DNA of 64,000 nt from an uncultured Deinococcaceae bacterium (GCA_964252075.1 CAXULY010000025.1:1-64000), one strand, 5' to 3'; positions 20,226 through 33,514 are shown, counted from the first letter of the stretch. Notes: a model not told the origin generated them from the letters alone. A program made the numbers and translations.

Positions 20226-20253
20226 TGCCAGGCGGGCGCGGAGAGGAGAGACC

Positions 20254-21768
<1,515 letters not shown>

Positions 21769-21815
21769 AGGGTGGGCCTCGGGGCCGCCGGGCGTGTCCG
21801 GCGGCCCCGTGGCCC

Positions 21816-22424
21816 TCACCGCACGCCCAGTGCCTCCAGCGCCAAGCGCAGCTGCTCCACGTTCTGATACTGGATGGCGTGCATGCCGACGCTGCGCGCC
21901 GCCTCCGCGTTCTGCGCGCGGTCGTCAATCATGACGGCCTGCTCTGGCCTCACGCCCGCGAGGTCCAGGCCCGCCCGGTACATGCTGGGGTTCGGTTTCG
22001 CCATGCCCAGGTAGCACGACGTGAAGAAGCCCAGCAGGAAGTCCTGCAGCCTGAACGCGCGGATGCGGTGCGCGTTCAGTTCGCGGCTCTCGTTGTTCAG
22101 CGCGAACATGCGGTGCCGCGCCCCGAGCGCCCGCGCGAACGCCAGCGTGTCCTCGTGCGGCTCGCTCTGCGCCAGCATCGCGTCCACGAAGGCCGAGTGC
22201 GTGAAGGCCCGCGGGGCGCTGAACACCGTCTGGCGCAGGTAATCGTCCATGCTGATGCGGCCCAGCTCCAGTTCCGGCACGATCAGCTTGTGGCGCTCCT
22301 GGAAGTCCTGCGGGTCCAGTCCGAACTGCGTCACCACGCGCGCCCGCTGCTCGCGGTCCCAGCCGTTCGAGGCGAGCACCCCACCGATGTCCCAGAAGAC
22401 CGCGCGGATGTCCGTTGAAGTCAT
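21816..22424 (-). CDS. HAD-family hydrolase
   Basis: FWDIGGVL motif I, KPNP, IDD motif IV. Confidence 0.88.
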   Translation of the reverse strand: MTSTDIRAVFWDIGGVLASNGWDREQRARVVTQFGLDPQDFQERHKLIVPELELGRISMDDYLRQTVFSAPRAFTHSAFVDAMLAQSEPHEDTLAFARALGARHRMFALNNESRELNAHRIRAFRLQDFLLGFFTSCYLGMAKPNPSMYRAGLDLAGVRPEQAVMIDDRAQNAEAARSVGMHAIQYQNVEQLRLALEALGVR

Positions 22425-22529
22425 GCCTGGACTCTAGTGTGTCGGGCCGCCTGCGGCGCCGCCCCGTCATGTGGCGCAGGAGGGCGGGTTCGCGCCGTGT
22501 GTGCGGCCCTCATGCCGTATACTTCGCTC

Positions 22530-22559
22530 ATGTCATTCGTGCTGTGTTGCCCCCGGTAG
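22530..22559 (+). CDS. Putative cysS leader peptide MSFVLCCPR
   Basis: ATG TCA TTC GTG CTG TGT TGC CCC CGG TAG; TATACT -10 at 22518-22523. Confidence 0.8.
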   Translation: MSFVLCCPR

Positions 22560-22580
22560 CGGTTGCAGCGCAGTCCGCCT

Positions 22581-22620
22581 GCCGCCGCGTGTGTCCCCCG
22601 ACCACGCGGCGGCGTTTTTT
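22581..22620 (+). terminator. Attenuator terminator in the cysS leader
   Basis: gccgccgcgtg / cacgcggcggc 11-bp stem followed by gtttttt, upstream of the cysS start. Confidence 0.8.
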
Positions 22621-22640
22621 GTGTTCAGAAAGGCCCACCC

Positions 22641-24101
22641 GTGACCCAGCACCCGGACATTCACCTGTATGACACCCGCGAGCGGCGCAAGGTGCGCTTC
22701 GAGCCCAGCACGCCGGGCCGCGTCGGCATGTACCTGTGCGGACCCACCGTGTACAGCGACGCGCACCTCGGGCACGCGAAGAAGGAAGTGGCCTTCGACG
22801 TGATCCGCCGCTACCTTATGCACGCCGGGTACAGCGTGCGCTACGTCTCGAACATCACGGACGTCGGGCACCTCCTGAACGACGCGGACGAAGGCGAGGA
22901 CAAGATCGCGGCGCGCGCCGCACTGGAGCGCCTGGAGCCCATGGAAGTCGCGGACAAGTACTACTGGAGTTTCGTGGACGACATGGCGCGCCTGAACGTC
23001 CTGCGGCCCAGCATCAACCCGCGCGCGACCGGGCACATCACCGAGCAGATCGAGCTGATTCAGGAACTCATCGAGCGCGGGCACGCGTACGAGTCCGAAG
23101 GCAGCGTGTACTTCGACGTGCGCAGCTGGCCGCGCTACGGCGAGCTGTCCGGCCGCAAGCTGGACGACCAGGAGGAAGGCACGCGCGAGGCGGTGCGCAG
23201 CGAGAAGCGCGATCCGCGCGACTTCGCCCTCTGGAAGCGCGCCGAGCCGACCCACATCATGCGCTGGAACTCCCCGTGGGGCGAGGGCTTCCCCGGCTGG
23301 CACATCGAGTGCAGCGCCATGAGCCTCAAGTACCTGGGGGAGGGCTTCGACATTCACGGCGGCGGCCTGGACCTGCAGTTCCCGCACCACGAGGCGGAGA
23401 TCGCGCAGGCGGAGGCCGCGGGGCATCCCTTCGCGCGCTACTGGATGCACAACAACATGCTGACCATCGGCGGCGAGAAGATGAGCAAATCCAAGGGGAA
23501 CTTCACGACCCTTAAGGACCTCTTCGCGCGCCTCGATCCCATGATCGTGCGCTTCCTGCTGGTGGGCAGCCACTACCGCAGCGTCACGGAGTTCTCCGAG
23601 GAGGCCTTCGAAGGCGCGCGGAACGGCTACCGCCGTCTCACGGAGGCCCTGCACGAGATCGAGCGTCGCCTCACGAACGCCCCCGAGGCGGCCGGGGGGG
23701 ACGCCGCGCTCCTCGCGCGCGTGGAGGCGCACGCGCAGGAATTCGAGTCGGCCATGCGGGATGACTTCAACACCCCGCGCGCCATCGCGGCCCTCTTCGG
23801 CCTCACCAGCGACGTGAACGCCGCGCTCACCGCCGGGGAGGTCGGGCAGGGCGCACTGCAGGCCGCGCGCGCCGCGTACCGCGAGCTGGGCGGCCACGTG
23901 CTGGGCCTCTTCACGCAGGGCGGCGAGGTGCGCCAGGACGACACGCAGTTCGTGAGCACCCTGATGGACATCGTGCTGGAGGCGCGCGCGAACTACCGCC
24001 TGAACAAGCAGTGGCCGCAGGCGGACGCCCTGCGCGACAAGCTCAGCAGCGTCGGCGTGACGGTCGAGGACGGCAAGGACGGCAGCCGCTGGCGCCGCTG
24101 A
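22641..24101 (+). CDS. cysS: Cysteine--tRNA ligase
   Basis: [47 protein letters not shown]. Confidence 0.97.
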   Translation: MTQHPDIHLYDTRERRKVRFEPSTPGRVGMYLCGPTVYSDAHLGHAKKEVAFDVIRRYLMHAGYSVRYVSNITDVGHLLNDADEGEDKIAARAALERLEPMEVADKYYWSFVDDMARLNVLRPSINPRATGHITEQIELIQELIERGHAYESEGSVYFDVRSWPRYGELSGRKLDDQEEGTREAVRSEKRDPRDFALWKRAEPTHIMRWNSPWGEGFPGWHIECSAMSLKYLGEGFDIHGGGLDLQFPHHEAEIAQAEAAGHPFARYWMHNNMLTIGGEKMSKSKGNFTTLKDLFARLDPMIVRFLLVGSHYRSVTEFSEEAFEGARNGYRRLTEALHEIERRLTNAPEAAGGDAALLARVEAHAQEFESAMRDDFNTPRAIAALFGLTSDVNAALTAGEVGQGALQAARAAYRELGGHVLGLFTQGGEVRQDDTQFVSTLMDIVLEARANYRLNKQWPQADALRDKLSSVGVTVEDGKDGSRWRR

Positions 24102-24613
24102 TGACGCCCGAGCTTCAGCTGGTGCGCCCGGACGCCACGCACGTGCTGGCGTTCGGTGCGGCCCTGCCGGAGTTCCACGCCGAGGGCCGCCTGCTGGACG
24201 TGCACCCGGACGGCGTGGCCGCGCACGTCCGCGAACTGCGCCTCTCGGCGGTCGAGCCCGGCCAGTACGGCGTGCGCGAGACGGTGCTGTGGGCGCTGCT
24301 GGGGCGCGAGTTCGTGGGGCGCGTGAACCTCCGCCACGACCTCACACCGGAGCTGCGCCTGTGGGGCGGGCACATCGGGTACGAGGTGCGGCCCTCCGCG
24401 CGGCGCCGCGGCGTGGGGCGGGCGTTGCTGCGCGGCGCCCTGCCGCACGCGCGCGCCCTCGGCCTGACGCGCGTGCTGCTCACCTGCGACGACACGAACC
24501 TCGCGTCCATCCGCATCATCGAGGGTGAGGGCGGTGTGCTGGAGGACATCACCCCCGGCCCGCAGGGCGAGCGGCGCCGCCGCTACTGGATTGCCCTCCC
24601 CGGTCAGCCCTGA
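24101..24613 (+). CDS. GNAT acetyltransferase
   Basis: GGHIGYEVRPSARRRG and LLTCDDTNLAS motifs; start overlaps the cysS stop. Confidence 0.85.
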   Translation: MTPELQLVRPDATHVLAFGAALPEFHAEGRLLDVHPDGVAAHVRELRLSAVEPGQYGVRETVLWALLGREFVGRVNLRHDLTPELRLWGGHIGYEVRPSARRRGVGRALLRGALPHARALGLTRVLLTCDDTNLASIRIIEGEGGVLEDITPGPQGERRRRYWIALPGQP

Positions 24614-24647
24614 CACAATTCCGTCATGGCGCTGTCAAGATGGAGGG

Positions 24648-25346
24648 ATGAAGCTCAACAAGCGCCTGAAACGGCTGTGGCCGGACCTGCTCGCGGGTCA
24701 CCCCACAGCCGTCCATGAGACGCGCAAGATCACCCGCCGCGCGCAGGCCGCCCTGCGCGCCGACGGCGGGCACAAGAAGGCGCGCCTCGCGTGGCGTGAC
24801 CTGCGCCGCGCCATCTCTCCCGTCCGCGACTGGGACGCCGTCGGCGTGCACCTCCGTGAGGGGCTCACGGAACTCGGCGCGGGCGCGCAGGTCCTGAAGC
24901 GGTTCGACCACGCCTGGATGACCGAGCGCGCCGCCCGCTGGGCGCAACTGCAACTCCCGGAGCACCCGCCGCGCTACCGGGCCCACAAACACCACCGTGC
25001 GCGTCTCCATCACCGCCTGGAGCGCGACTGGCAGCGCCTCATCGCGGAGGGCCCACAGCACCTCGCGGCCGCCGAGGACGCCGAATGGCATGTCCTGCGC
25101 AAGCAGCTCAAGGCGCTGCGCTACACCTGGGAACTGCAGGGCGAACCCCCCGCGGACCTGCTCGCCCTGCTTGAGGCCCTCGGTCGCGTGCAGGACGCCA
25201 ACGTGGCGCTCGAAGCGATCCGCCACCCGGCCCTTCCGGCCACCTACCGCGCGCGGCTCGAAGCGCGGGAGCGCGTCGCGCAGGTGGCGGCGCTCGCCGA
25301 AGCGCGTCGGCTGTGGCCGATCGTGGCGGCGCTGCCTCTGCCATGA
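24648..25346 (+). CDS. CHAD-domain protein
   Basis: AVHETRKITRR, VRDWD, WHVLRKQLKALRY, LGRVQD; basic and helical. Confidence 0.8.
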   Translation: MKLNKRLKRLWPDLLAGHPTAVHETRKITRRAQAALRADGGHKKARLAWRDLRRAISPVRDWDAVGVHLREGLTELGAGAQVLKRFDHAWMTERAARWAQLQLPEHPPRYRAHKHHRARLHHRLERDWQRLIAEGPQHLAAAEDAEWHVLRKQLKALRYTWELQGEPPADLLALLEALGRVQDANVALEAIRHPALPATYRARLEARERVAQVAALAEARRLWPIVAALPLP

Positions 25347-25956
25347 CGCCCTGACTGAGCCTGACAGCGGCTGGGTCGTCCGGCACAGCGTCTGCAGCCT
25401 TCAAGGCGTCCCCCCGGTTCTCCCCGGAGTTTCACGTGCTGGTCTTCTCGCACATGGACCACCTGGCGCTGGCGAGTGTCGGGGCGTCCGAGCACCCCCT
25501 CCCGAACAGCCTCAGCGCGTCGCCCGCGACAGGTGGTGTCCGCCAGGAGTACCTGTGGCACGCGCCGCTGAATCAGGGGGAGGCCTGGGCGTCCGCCCTG
25601 ATGGGCACGGCGGCCCTGCCGTTCGCGAGCACCCAGCGCGTCGAGCCGGGGGTGAGTCTCCCGTTGGGGAGCGCGGACCTCCTGCCCGGCACGTCCTTCA
25701 CGCACCTGTACGTCACCCTGCCGTCTTCACGCACCTGTACGTCACCCTGCCGTTTCAGGACGATCCTGGCGTGCTCGGCCACACCGCGCGGGGCGCCATG
25801 CGGAACGCGGACATGTACATCCAGACCCTCTGGCTGGTGCCGCTCTACGCGCAGGAGCACGCCGCGCTGCAGGCGGGCCAGGAAGGGCAGCTGGAGCTGG
25901 GCGTGCGCGGCTTTGACTTTCGGGCGGCGGACCCGGCGCGCCCCTCCCTGGTGTGA
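25343..25956 (+). pseudogene. Disrupted suppressor-of-fused (SUFU)-like gene
   Basis: Frame 1 HVLVFSH...ASVGASEHPL...RQEYLW...FTHLYVTLP continues in another frame as FQDDP...IQTLWLVPLYAQE...DPARPSLV. The switch is caused by a 29-bp duplication. The ATG at 25343 meets a stop at codon 4. Confidence 0.6.
25696..25753 (+). repeat. Perfect 29-bp tandem duplication
   Basis: cttcacgcacctgtacgtcaccctgccgt at 25696-25724 and 25725-25753. Confidence 0.95.
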
Positions 25957-25957
25957 C

Positions 25958-26449
25958 TCAGGCGTCGGGCGTGGCGCCAGGGAAGTACGCGACGCGCACC
26001 GCCATGTAGGCCACGCCGAGCAGGAACAGCGTGGCGGTGACGAACACCACGCGCCTCAGCCAGCCGTCCTTCAGCACGCGCCCGGCAATCAGGAGTTCCA
26101 GGACGTACAGGGTCACGAGGGCGAAGCCCGCGTACATCAGGTGATCCAGGTTGCGTGAGGAATCCACCGGGAAGCCGAAGGCCGTGACCTTGTGCCCGTC
26201 CCCCGTCACGTGGTCCGCGGTGGCGCTCGGCACCTTGAGGCCCATGATGGCCAGCAGGATGCCCGTCACGGCGTTCACGGCGTACGCCAGCCAGTTCAGG
26301 CGCAGCAACCACACGAACAGCGGAGGCACGGTGGGGCGCAGCACCATGAAGAGACTCACGAGGAACAGCAGGGCGGCGAGCAGCACGAGGTGATGCCCGA
26401 CGCCCGGGATGGGCAGGGCGAAGCGGTGAATTTCCCTCAGGACGTTCAT
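25958..26449 (-). CDS. Hypothetical membrane protein (about 4 TM)
   Basis: Hydrophobic segments, host-like codon use, TAGCGT 6 nt before the ATG. Confidence 0.75.
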   Translation of the reverse strand: MNVLREIHRFALPIPGVGHHLVLLAALLFLVSLFMVLRPTVPPLFVWLLRLNWLAYAVNAVTGILLAIMGLKVPSATADHVTGDGHKVTAFGFPVDSSRNLDHLMYAGFALVTLYVLELLIAGRVLKDGWLRRVVFVTATLFLLGVAYMAVRVAYFPGATPDA

Positions 26450-26543
26450 GTGCTTACGCTACACGGCGCGGCGTGGCCGCCCGTCCCGCCAGACGGCGGG
26501 GCCACCAGCGCACGCTTGCCGGTGGCCCCGCCCGCGCCGAACG

Positions 26544-28811
26544 TCAGTGGCGGTCCTTCGGACCCTGCGGGTCCAGGTCGCTGCCTTCGCCGCCGGCGTC
26601 CCCGAAGAGGTGGTCGAGGTCGATGGCGCTGCCGATGCCGCTGAAATCAATGCCGGCGTCCCGGGTGTCGACTTCCTCACCCATCACGGCGCGCACGCGT
26701 TCCACGGTGGCCTGCAGCCACGCGGGCACGTCGATGGTCAGGGGCACCAGGGGCAGCACCGACCCGACGTCGAGGGCGGCGCCGCTGGCGTGCAGGTGAA
26801 ATCCCGCGGGCAGGCCGCGCAGGCTCACGCGATGGTCCTCGCGGTCCACGCTGAAGCCCTGCAGGGCGGGCACGCCGTACGCTTCACCCAGGTCGGTGAC
26901 GCCTTCAGGCAGCTCCTGGGGTTGTTCGCCGGCGTCACCGCGCAGGACCAGTCCCTCGTCGGTGAGCTGCAGTTCACGCGGGAGTCCGAGGCCGCCCACG
27001 CCGCCCAGCATGCCGAGGCTGGCGATGTCCTGGCTGAGCCGCCCGAAGTCCGGTGCTGCGGGCCCGGCCGGGGGCGCGGGCGGTTCTGCCGGGAGGGCGG
27101 GCGTTTCGGTGGCGGGGGGCGGCGTGGGCGCGACGAACACCGAACGCACGGGCGCGCCGATCTCCGGTCCGGGCACCACCGCGGCGGCGGACATGCCGCT
27201 GGCGAGCAGGTACATCAGGTCGGGGCGCAGGGTGTCCCCGACCGCGAGGGTGCGGCCCCGTTCCGTGACGCGCAGGCCGGGCGGCAGGCCCACGAGGCGC
27301 GCGCCGGGTCCGTCGGCCTCCAGCTTCAGGCCCTCCAGGCTGGCGGCGCCCAGGCTGCCCACGTCCAGCAGGGTGCCCAGCGCGCCGGCGCGGCGCTGCC
27401 CGGTGTCGCCGTGCAGCACCACCTGGCCGTTCTCGACGCTGAGGGCGCGTGGGTGCGTCAGCCAGTCGTCGGTGGCGGTGGGGGTGGGTGCGGGGCGGCG
27501 GCGCGTCCAGGCGAGGACGCCCACCGCCGCGAGCACCAGCAGGGCCAGCAGCCACGGCCAGGCGGTGCTGCGTGCGTCCGTCTCGGTGCTGACGGGGGGC
27601 AGGCGCTGCGTGCGTCCGGAGGTGAACTGAAGTTCGGGTGACTGGGGTTGTCCCTGCAGGCGGTCGTTGACGATGCTCACGGCGAATTCTCCTCCGGCGG
27701 GAATGGGTCGGCCCAGGCTGGCGCCCGTCAGCGTCCAGCGCGCGCCGTCCGGCACGCGCAGGGACTGGATGGTGGTGGGCTCGCCCCGCACCTGGAAGCG
27801 CCACGTGACGCTCTGACCGCGCCGCAGCGCCCCGGACGCGCCCGGGTTCATCAGCGTGACGTCGCTGTTCGTGCCGCTGCCACTCACGTTGCTGGTGGCG
27901 CCCGCCTGGCGGGCGCTCGCCACCGCGGTGGGCGCTGCGGCGCTGGCGTGTAGGCCGGGCCGGTACACGAGGAGCCGCGGCGTGGCCGTGCTGCCGGTGG
28001 CGCAGAGCAGGGCGGCGGTGCCGGCGGGCAGCTGGGCGGCGCCCGTCAGTTGCGCGGTGGCCTCGTTGCCGCTGACGGCGACGCTGAGGTGCGCGCCGGC
28101 GGCCGCGAAGGCGCGGGCGTCGAGCGCCGGGGGCGCGTCCACCTGCCCGAGGGGCGTGCGGCCCTCCCCGAGCTCAAGCAGGGCGGGCGGCAGGTCCCGC
28201 GTGAGGTTCAGCGCGAGGCTGTCGGGCAGGGACACGGGCACGCTGAAACCGCTGCGCGTGAGGGCCGCGCGCACGGTGGGGGTGAGGGCGGCGCCGGGCG
28301 CCACGTAGTACAGCCGGTCGTGGGGACCGCGCGCGCCGCTGAAGGCGCTCAGCGCGCGGGCGAGGCCGCCCGTGCCGGAGCGCGGGTCGTTGTCGGGGCC
28401 GCCAGTGAGCACGTAGATGGTGGTGACGCTGTCCGGGCGCTGCCGCAGGCCGCTCAGCAGGGTTTCCAGGCTGCGGTTCAGCCAGCGACCGCCGCTGGCC
28501 TTGGCGACCGTGCGGAGGTCGCGCAGGGCGTTGCCGCGCTGCTCGGGCCAGCGGTAGTCCTCGACGCTGCGCAGGCCCTGGTCGTAGGTCGCGAGTTCGA
28601 TGCGCCCATCGGCCGTCTGGGCGTCCACGGCGCGGCTCACGGCGCCCAGGAGCGTGGGGGTGGTGATGTGGCGGTCCATCAGGTAGACGGTGCGGACCTG
28701 GGTGGGTGGTTCGCCGTCCGGGAGGGCGCATCCTGCCTGCCCCAGCGCGCTGCCTGAGGCGAGCGCGAGGGCCAGCCACAGGAGCTGTCTGAATGCCGGC
28801 GTGTTCCTCAT
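26544..28811 (-). CDS. Single-pass membrane protein with a vWA-like extracellular domain and a duplicated cytoplasmic domain
   Basis: Signal peptide; TVYLMD...TTIYVLTGG vWA-like strands; TM WPWLLALLVLAAVGVLAW followed by RRR; two similar domains of about 70 aa separated by a Pro-rich linker. Confidence 0.65.
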   Translation of the reverse strand: MRNTPAFRQLLWLALALASGSALGQAGCALPDGEPPTQVRTVYLMDRHITTPTLLGAVSRAVDAQTADGRIELATYDQGLRSVEDYRWPEQRGNALRDLRTVAKASGGRWLNRSLETLLSGLRQRPDSVTTIYVLTGGPDNDPRSGTGGLARALSAFSGARGPHDRLYYVAPGAALTPTVRAALTRSGFSVPVSLPDSLALNLTRDLPPALLELGEGRTPLGQVDAPPALDARAFAAAGAHLSVAVSGNEATAQLTGAAQLPAGTAALLCATGSTATPRLLVYRPGLHASAAAPTAVASARQAGATSNVSGSGTNSDVTLMNPGASGALRRGQSVTWRFQVRGEPTTIQSLRVPDGARWTLTGASLGRPIPAGGEFAVSIVNDRLQGQPQSPELQFTSGRTQRLPPVSTETDARSTAWPWLLALLVLAAVGVLAWTRRRPAPTPTATDDWLTHPRALSVENGQVVLHGDTGQRRAGALGTLLDVGSLGAASLEGLKLEADGPGARLVGLPPGLRVTERGRTLAVGDTLRPDLMYLLASGMSAAAVVPGPEIGAPVRSVFVAPTPPPATETPALPAEPPAPPAGPAAPDFGRLSQDIASLGMLGGVGGLGLPRELQLTDEGLVLRGDAGEQPQELPEGVTDLGEAYGVPALQGFSVDREDHRVSLRGLPAGFHLHASGAALDVGSVLPLVPLTIDVPAWLQATVERVRAVMGEEVDTRDAGIDFSGIGSAIDLDHLFGDAGGEGSDLDPQGPKDRH

Positions 28812-28880
28812 GATATTCACATTACTCTATTTGTTGACGTCTTGCATGTGTTCTGCCCCGCACCGGGAGGATGAGGAACG

Positions 28881-31025
<2,145 letters not shown>

Positions 31026-31039
31026 CCTGAAGTGCCCAC

Positions 31040-31066
31040 AAGCCTCCCTCCGGGGAGGCTTTTTTT
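31040..31066 (+). terminator. Intrinsic terminator after gyrB
   Basis: aagcctccc-tccg-gggaggctt followed by a T-run. Confidence 0.85.
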
Positions 31067-31098
31067 GTGACGCGGGCGCGTGCGCTACACTGCCAGCC

Positions 31099-31860
31099 AT
31101 GACCCCGCTCTCCGCCGATGCCCCCCTGGCGCTCATCGGGTACGGCCCCAGCACCGCGCGCGCGCTGCGCGAACTGGGCCTCGTGGCGCTCGCGGTGCCC
31201 ACTGCGCCACTCGCGGAGGTGCTGGGCGCCTGTGTCACCCTGGGCTTCGCCGGGGCGCTCGTCGCGGACGCGCTGGGCGCCGACGCCTTCGCCCTCACGC
31301 AGCCGGACGGCGCCGCGCGCTTGCAGGGCCGCGTGGACGCCCTGAGCTTCGCGGCGGCCACGCACGGCACGCACACCCTGCAGGACGCCCTGCTGCGCAG
31401 CATCGAGGCGAGCGGGTACGCGGCGCGCGGAGGGCGCGCCCTGATCGTCGGGGACGGCGAGGGCCTCCTGGCGGCGCTGGGCGTCGCGCGCCTGGGCCTG
31501 CGGGACGTCACCGTGGCCTCCGGCAGCCTGCCGGAGGCGGAGCGCGCCCTCGCCGCCCTCCCCGCAGGCGTGCGCGGTCACGCCGTGACCCGCCACGACC
31601 CCGCCCTCATCACGCTCGCGGAGCGCGTGGACCTCGTGGTGCTGGCCTCAGGGGACCTGCCGCGCGGCCTGCTGCAGCCGTACCACGCGCTGCTGGACCT
31701 CGCGGGGGCGGGGGAGGGCGCGGCGCGTCACGCGCAGGCGAGCCTCATCCCACTGGGTGACCTGAACGCGCAGCGGCTCGCGCTGGCCCTTGAACACGCT
31801 ACGGGTCAGCGCTTCAAGGCGGAGGCGCTCGGCCCGGTCGCGGGTCTCGTCACGGGCTGA
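31099..31860 (+). CDS. Degenerate shikimate dehydrogenase-like protein
   Basis: AroE-like layout (ALIG...LGFAGALV...RALIVGDG...ALEHATG) without the catalytic motifs. Confidence 0.6.
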   Translation: MTPLSADAPLALIGYGPSTARALRELGLVALAVPTAPLAEVLGACVTLGFAGALVADALGADAFALTQPDGAARLQGRVDALSFAAATHGTHTLQDALLRSIEASGYAARGGRALIVGDGEGLLAALGVARLGLRDVTVASGSLPEAERALAALPAGVRGHAVTRHDPALITLAERVDLVVLASGDLPRGLLQPYHALLDLAGAGEGAARHAQASLIPLGDLNAQRLALALEHATGQRFKAEALGPVAGLVTG

Positions 31861-31867
31861 CCTTCCG

Positions 31868-32419
31868 TCACTCCCGCACGTCCCTCCACGCCAGCGGCTC
31901 GCCCGCGTGGCACAAAGGGCAGTCGCCGGCGGCCCACGTGGCGAAGGGCGGCGTGGCGAGGGTGTTCAGCCGCTCACCCTCCAGGGCATCTCGGCTGATC
32001 CAGGCGCTGACACCCAGCGCCTCGTGCCCGGAGGCCCGCAGCGCCGCGAGCACCGCCCGGCTGCCCAGCCCCGTGCAGATCAGGTCGTCCACGTACACCG
32101 CCCGCTCGCCAGGCGCGGGCACGTGCATGCGGTGCCACGCCAGCGTTTCCGCATCAAGGAACGCCACGGGCAGGCCCAGGTGACGGCCCACAAAGGACGC
32201 CAGCACCGCGCCACACGCGGGCGCCCCGACCAGCAGGGTCGCCTGCGGGAACGCGGCGTGCAGCGCCTCCGCCTGCCTCGCCGCCACACCATCCAGCGTC
32301 ACGGGGTCGCGGAACACCCCGCCCTTTTCCACCCAACCGTCCGCGTGCAGGCCGTTTCCGAACTGCGTGTGGCCGGAGCGCAGGGCCCCGGCCACATGGA
32401 GCAGCGCGGTGAGGTTCAG
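31868..32419 (-). CDS. Type I phosphoribosyltransferase (PyrE-like)
   Basis: GALRSGH...GLHADGW, PRPP motif VYVDDLICTG, C-terminal CPLC. Start uncertain (CTG 32419 or a downstream GTG). Confidence 0.75.
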   Translation of the reverse strand: MNLTALLHVAGALRSGHTQFGNGLHADGWVEKGGVFRDPVTLDGVAARQAEALHAAFPQATLLVGAPACGAVLASFVGRHLGLPVAFLDAETLAWHRMHVPAPGERAVYVDDLICTGLGSRAVLAALRASGHEALGVSAWISRDALEGERLNTLATPPFATWAAGDCPLCHAGEPLAWRDVRE

Positions 32420-32862
32420 AGGGCGAGGCGGCGGCTCGCGCGGGCGGGCAGCAGGAGCAGCAGCAGGATCAGCGTGAAGGCCGTGAAGCTCAGCAGCGGA
32501 ATCGTGACGACGTTCGAGAGCTGCTGGTTCGCCGGGCCGAAGATCGGCCAGTTCACGTTGCAGCCCTCCGCCGGGTTGATGGAGCACGCCTTCAGGCTCG
32601 GCAGGATCTTGTAGTTCTCCAGGTTGTGGTACAGCGCGAACAGCCAGCCGATCACGGCGAGCGGCAGGGCGTAGGCGCGCGCGCTCCAGTCCGAGCGGTA
32701 CGCGGCGACGCCCAGCACGATCACCAGCGGGTACATGCAGATGCGCTGGAACCAGCACAGGATGCACGGCACGAAGCCCCGCACCTCCGAGAAGTACAGG
32801 CTCCCGAGGGTGGCGACCACGGCGAGCAGCCACGCCAGGTACAGGCGGGTGGCGGGCGTCAT
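32416..32862 (-). CDS. dsbB: Disulfide bond formation protein B (BdbC/DsbB type)
   Basis: GSLYFSEV...PCILCWFQRICMYP, second Cys pair, 4 TM. Confidence 0.9.
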   Translation of the reverse strand: MTPATRLYLAWLLAVVATLGSLYFSEVRGFVPCILCWFQRICMYPLVIVLGVAAYRSDWSARAYALPLAVIGWLFALYHNLENYKILPSLKACSINPAEGCNVNWPIFGPANQQLSNVVTIPLLSFTAFTLILLLLLLPARASRRLAL

Positions 32863-32863
32863 G

Positions 32864-33514
32864 TCAGCTGTTGCCCAGCGCGGCGCTGATGGCCTTGTCG
32901 AGGTTGTCCCCAATCCACGACTGGTCCACCAGCTTGCCGTTCACGTACACCGACGGCGTGCCCTGCACGCCGGCCTTGTTGCCGAGCGCCTTGTCGGCGT
33001 TCACCTGATCGATGTGCGCGTTGCTGTCCACGCACGACGCGAACTTCGTGAGGTCCACGCCCTGCAGCGTCTGCGCGAGTTCCTTGAGGTACGCGGGCGT
33101 CGCCCACTCGGTCGTCTCTTCCTTCTGCGCGCGGTACAGGATGTGCGCGTAGTCGTAGAAGGCGGTGGGGCTCTGCTCGGCGACGCACTCGCCGGCGTTC
33201 GCGGCGGTGGTGGAGTCCGGCCCGATGAACGGGAAGTTGATGAAGTAGTACTGGATCTTGCCGGTCTGCACGTACTTCTGCTCGATGGTCGGCACCACGC
33301 TGGTGTCGTACTGCTTGCACACCGGGCACTTGAAGTCCTCGAAGGCCACGACCGTGACTTTGGCGTCCTTGCTGCCCTGCAGGGGCTGGCCGGTCACGTC
33401 AATGCTCTGGGCGCTGCCGGAGGTGCCGGGCTTGTTGAAGTTCTGGTAGGCGAGGAAGCCCACCACGGCGATCAGAATGACCACCACCGTCGCGATCATG
33501 ACGTTTCGGTTCAT
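32864..33514 (-). CDS. dsbA: DsbA/BdbD-type thiol-disulfide oxidoreductase
   Basis: N-terminal anchor, FEDFKCPVC, GVQGTPS. Confidence 0.9.
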   Translation of the reverse strand: MNRNVMIATVVVILIAVVGFLAYQNFNKPGTSGSAQSIDVTGQPLQGSKDAKVTVVAFEDFKCPVCKQYDTSVVPTIEQKYVQTGKIQYYFINFPFIGPDSTTAANAGECVAEQSPTAFYDYAHILYRAQKEETTEWATPAYLKELAQTLQGVDLTKFASCVDSNAHIDQVNADKALGNKAGVQGTPSVYVNGKLVDQSWIGDNLDKAISAALGNS

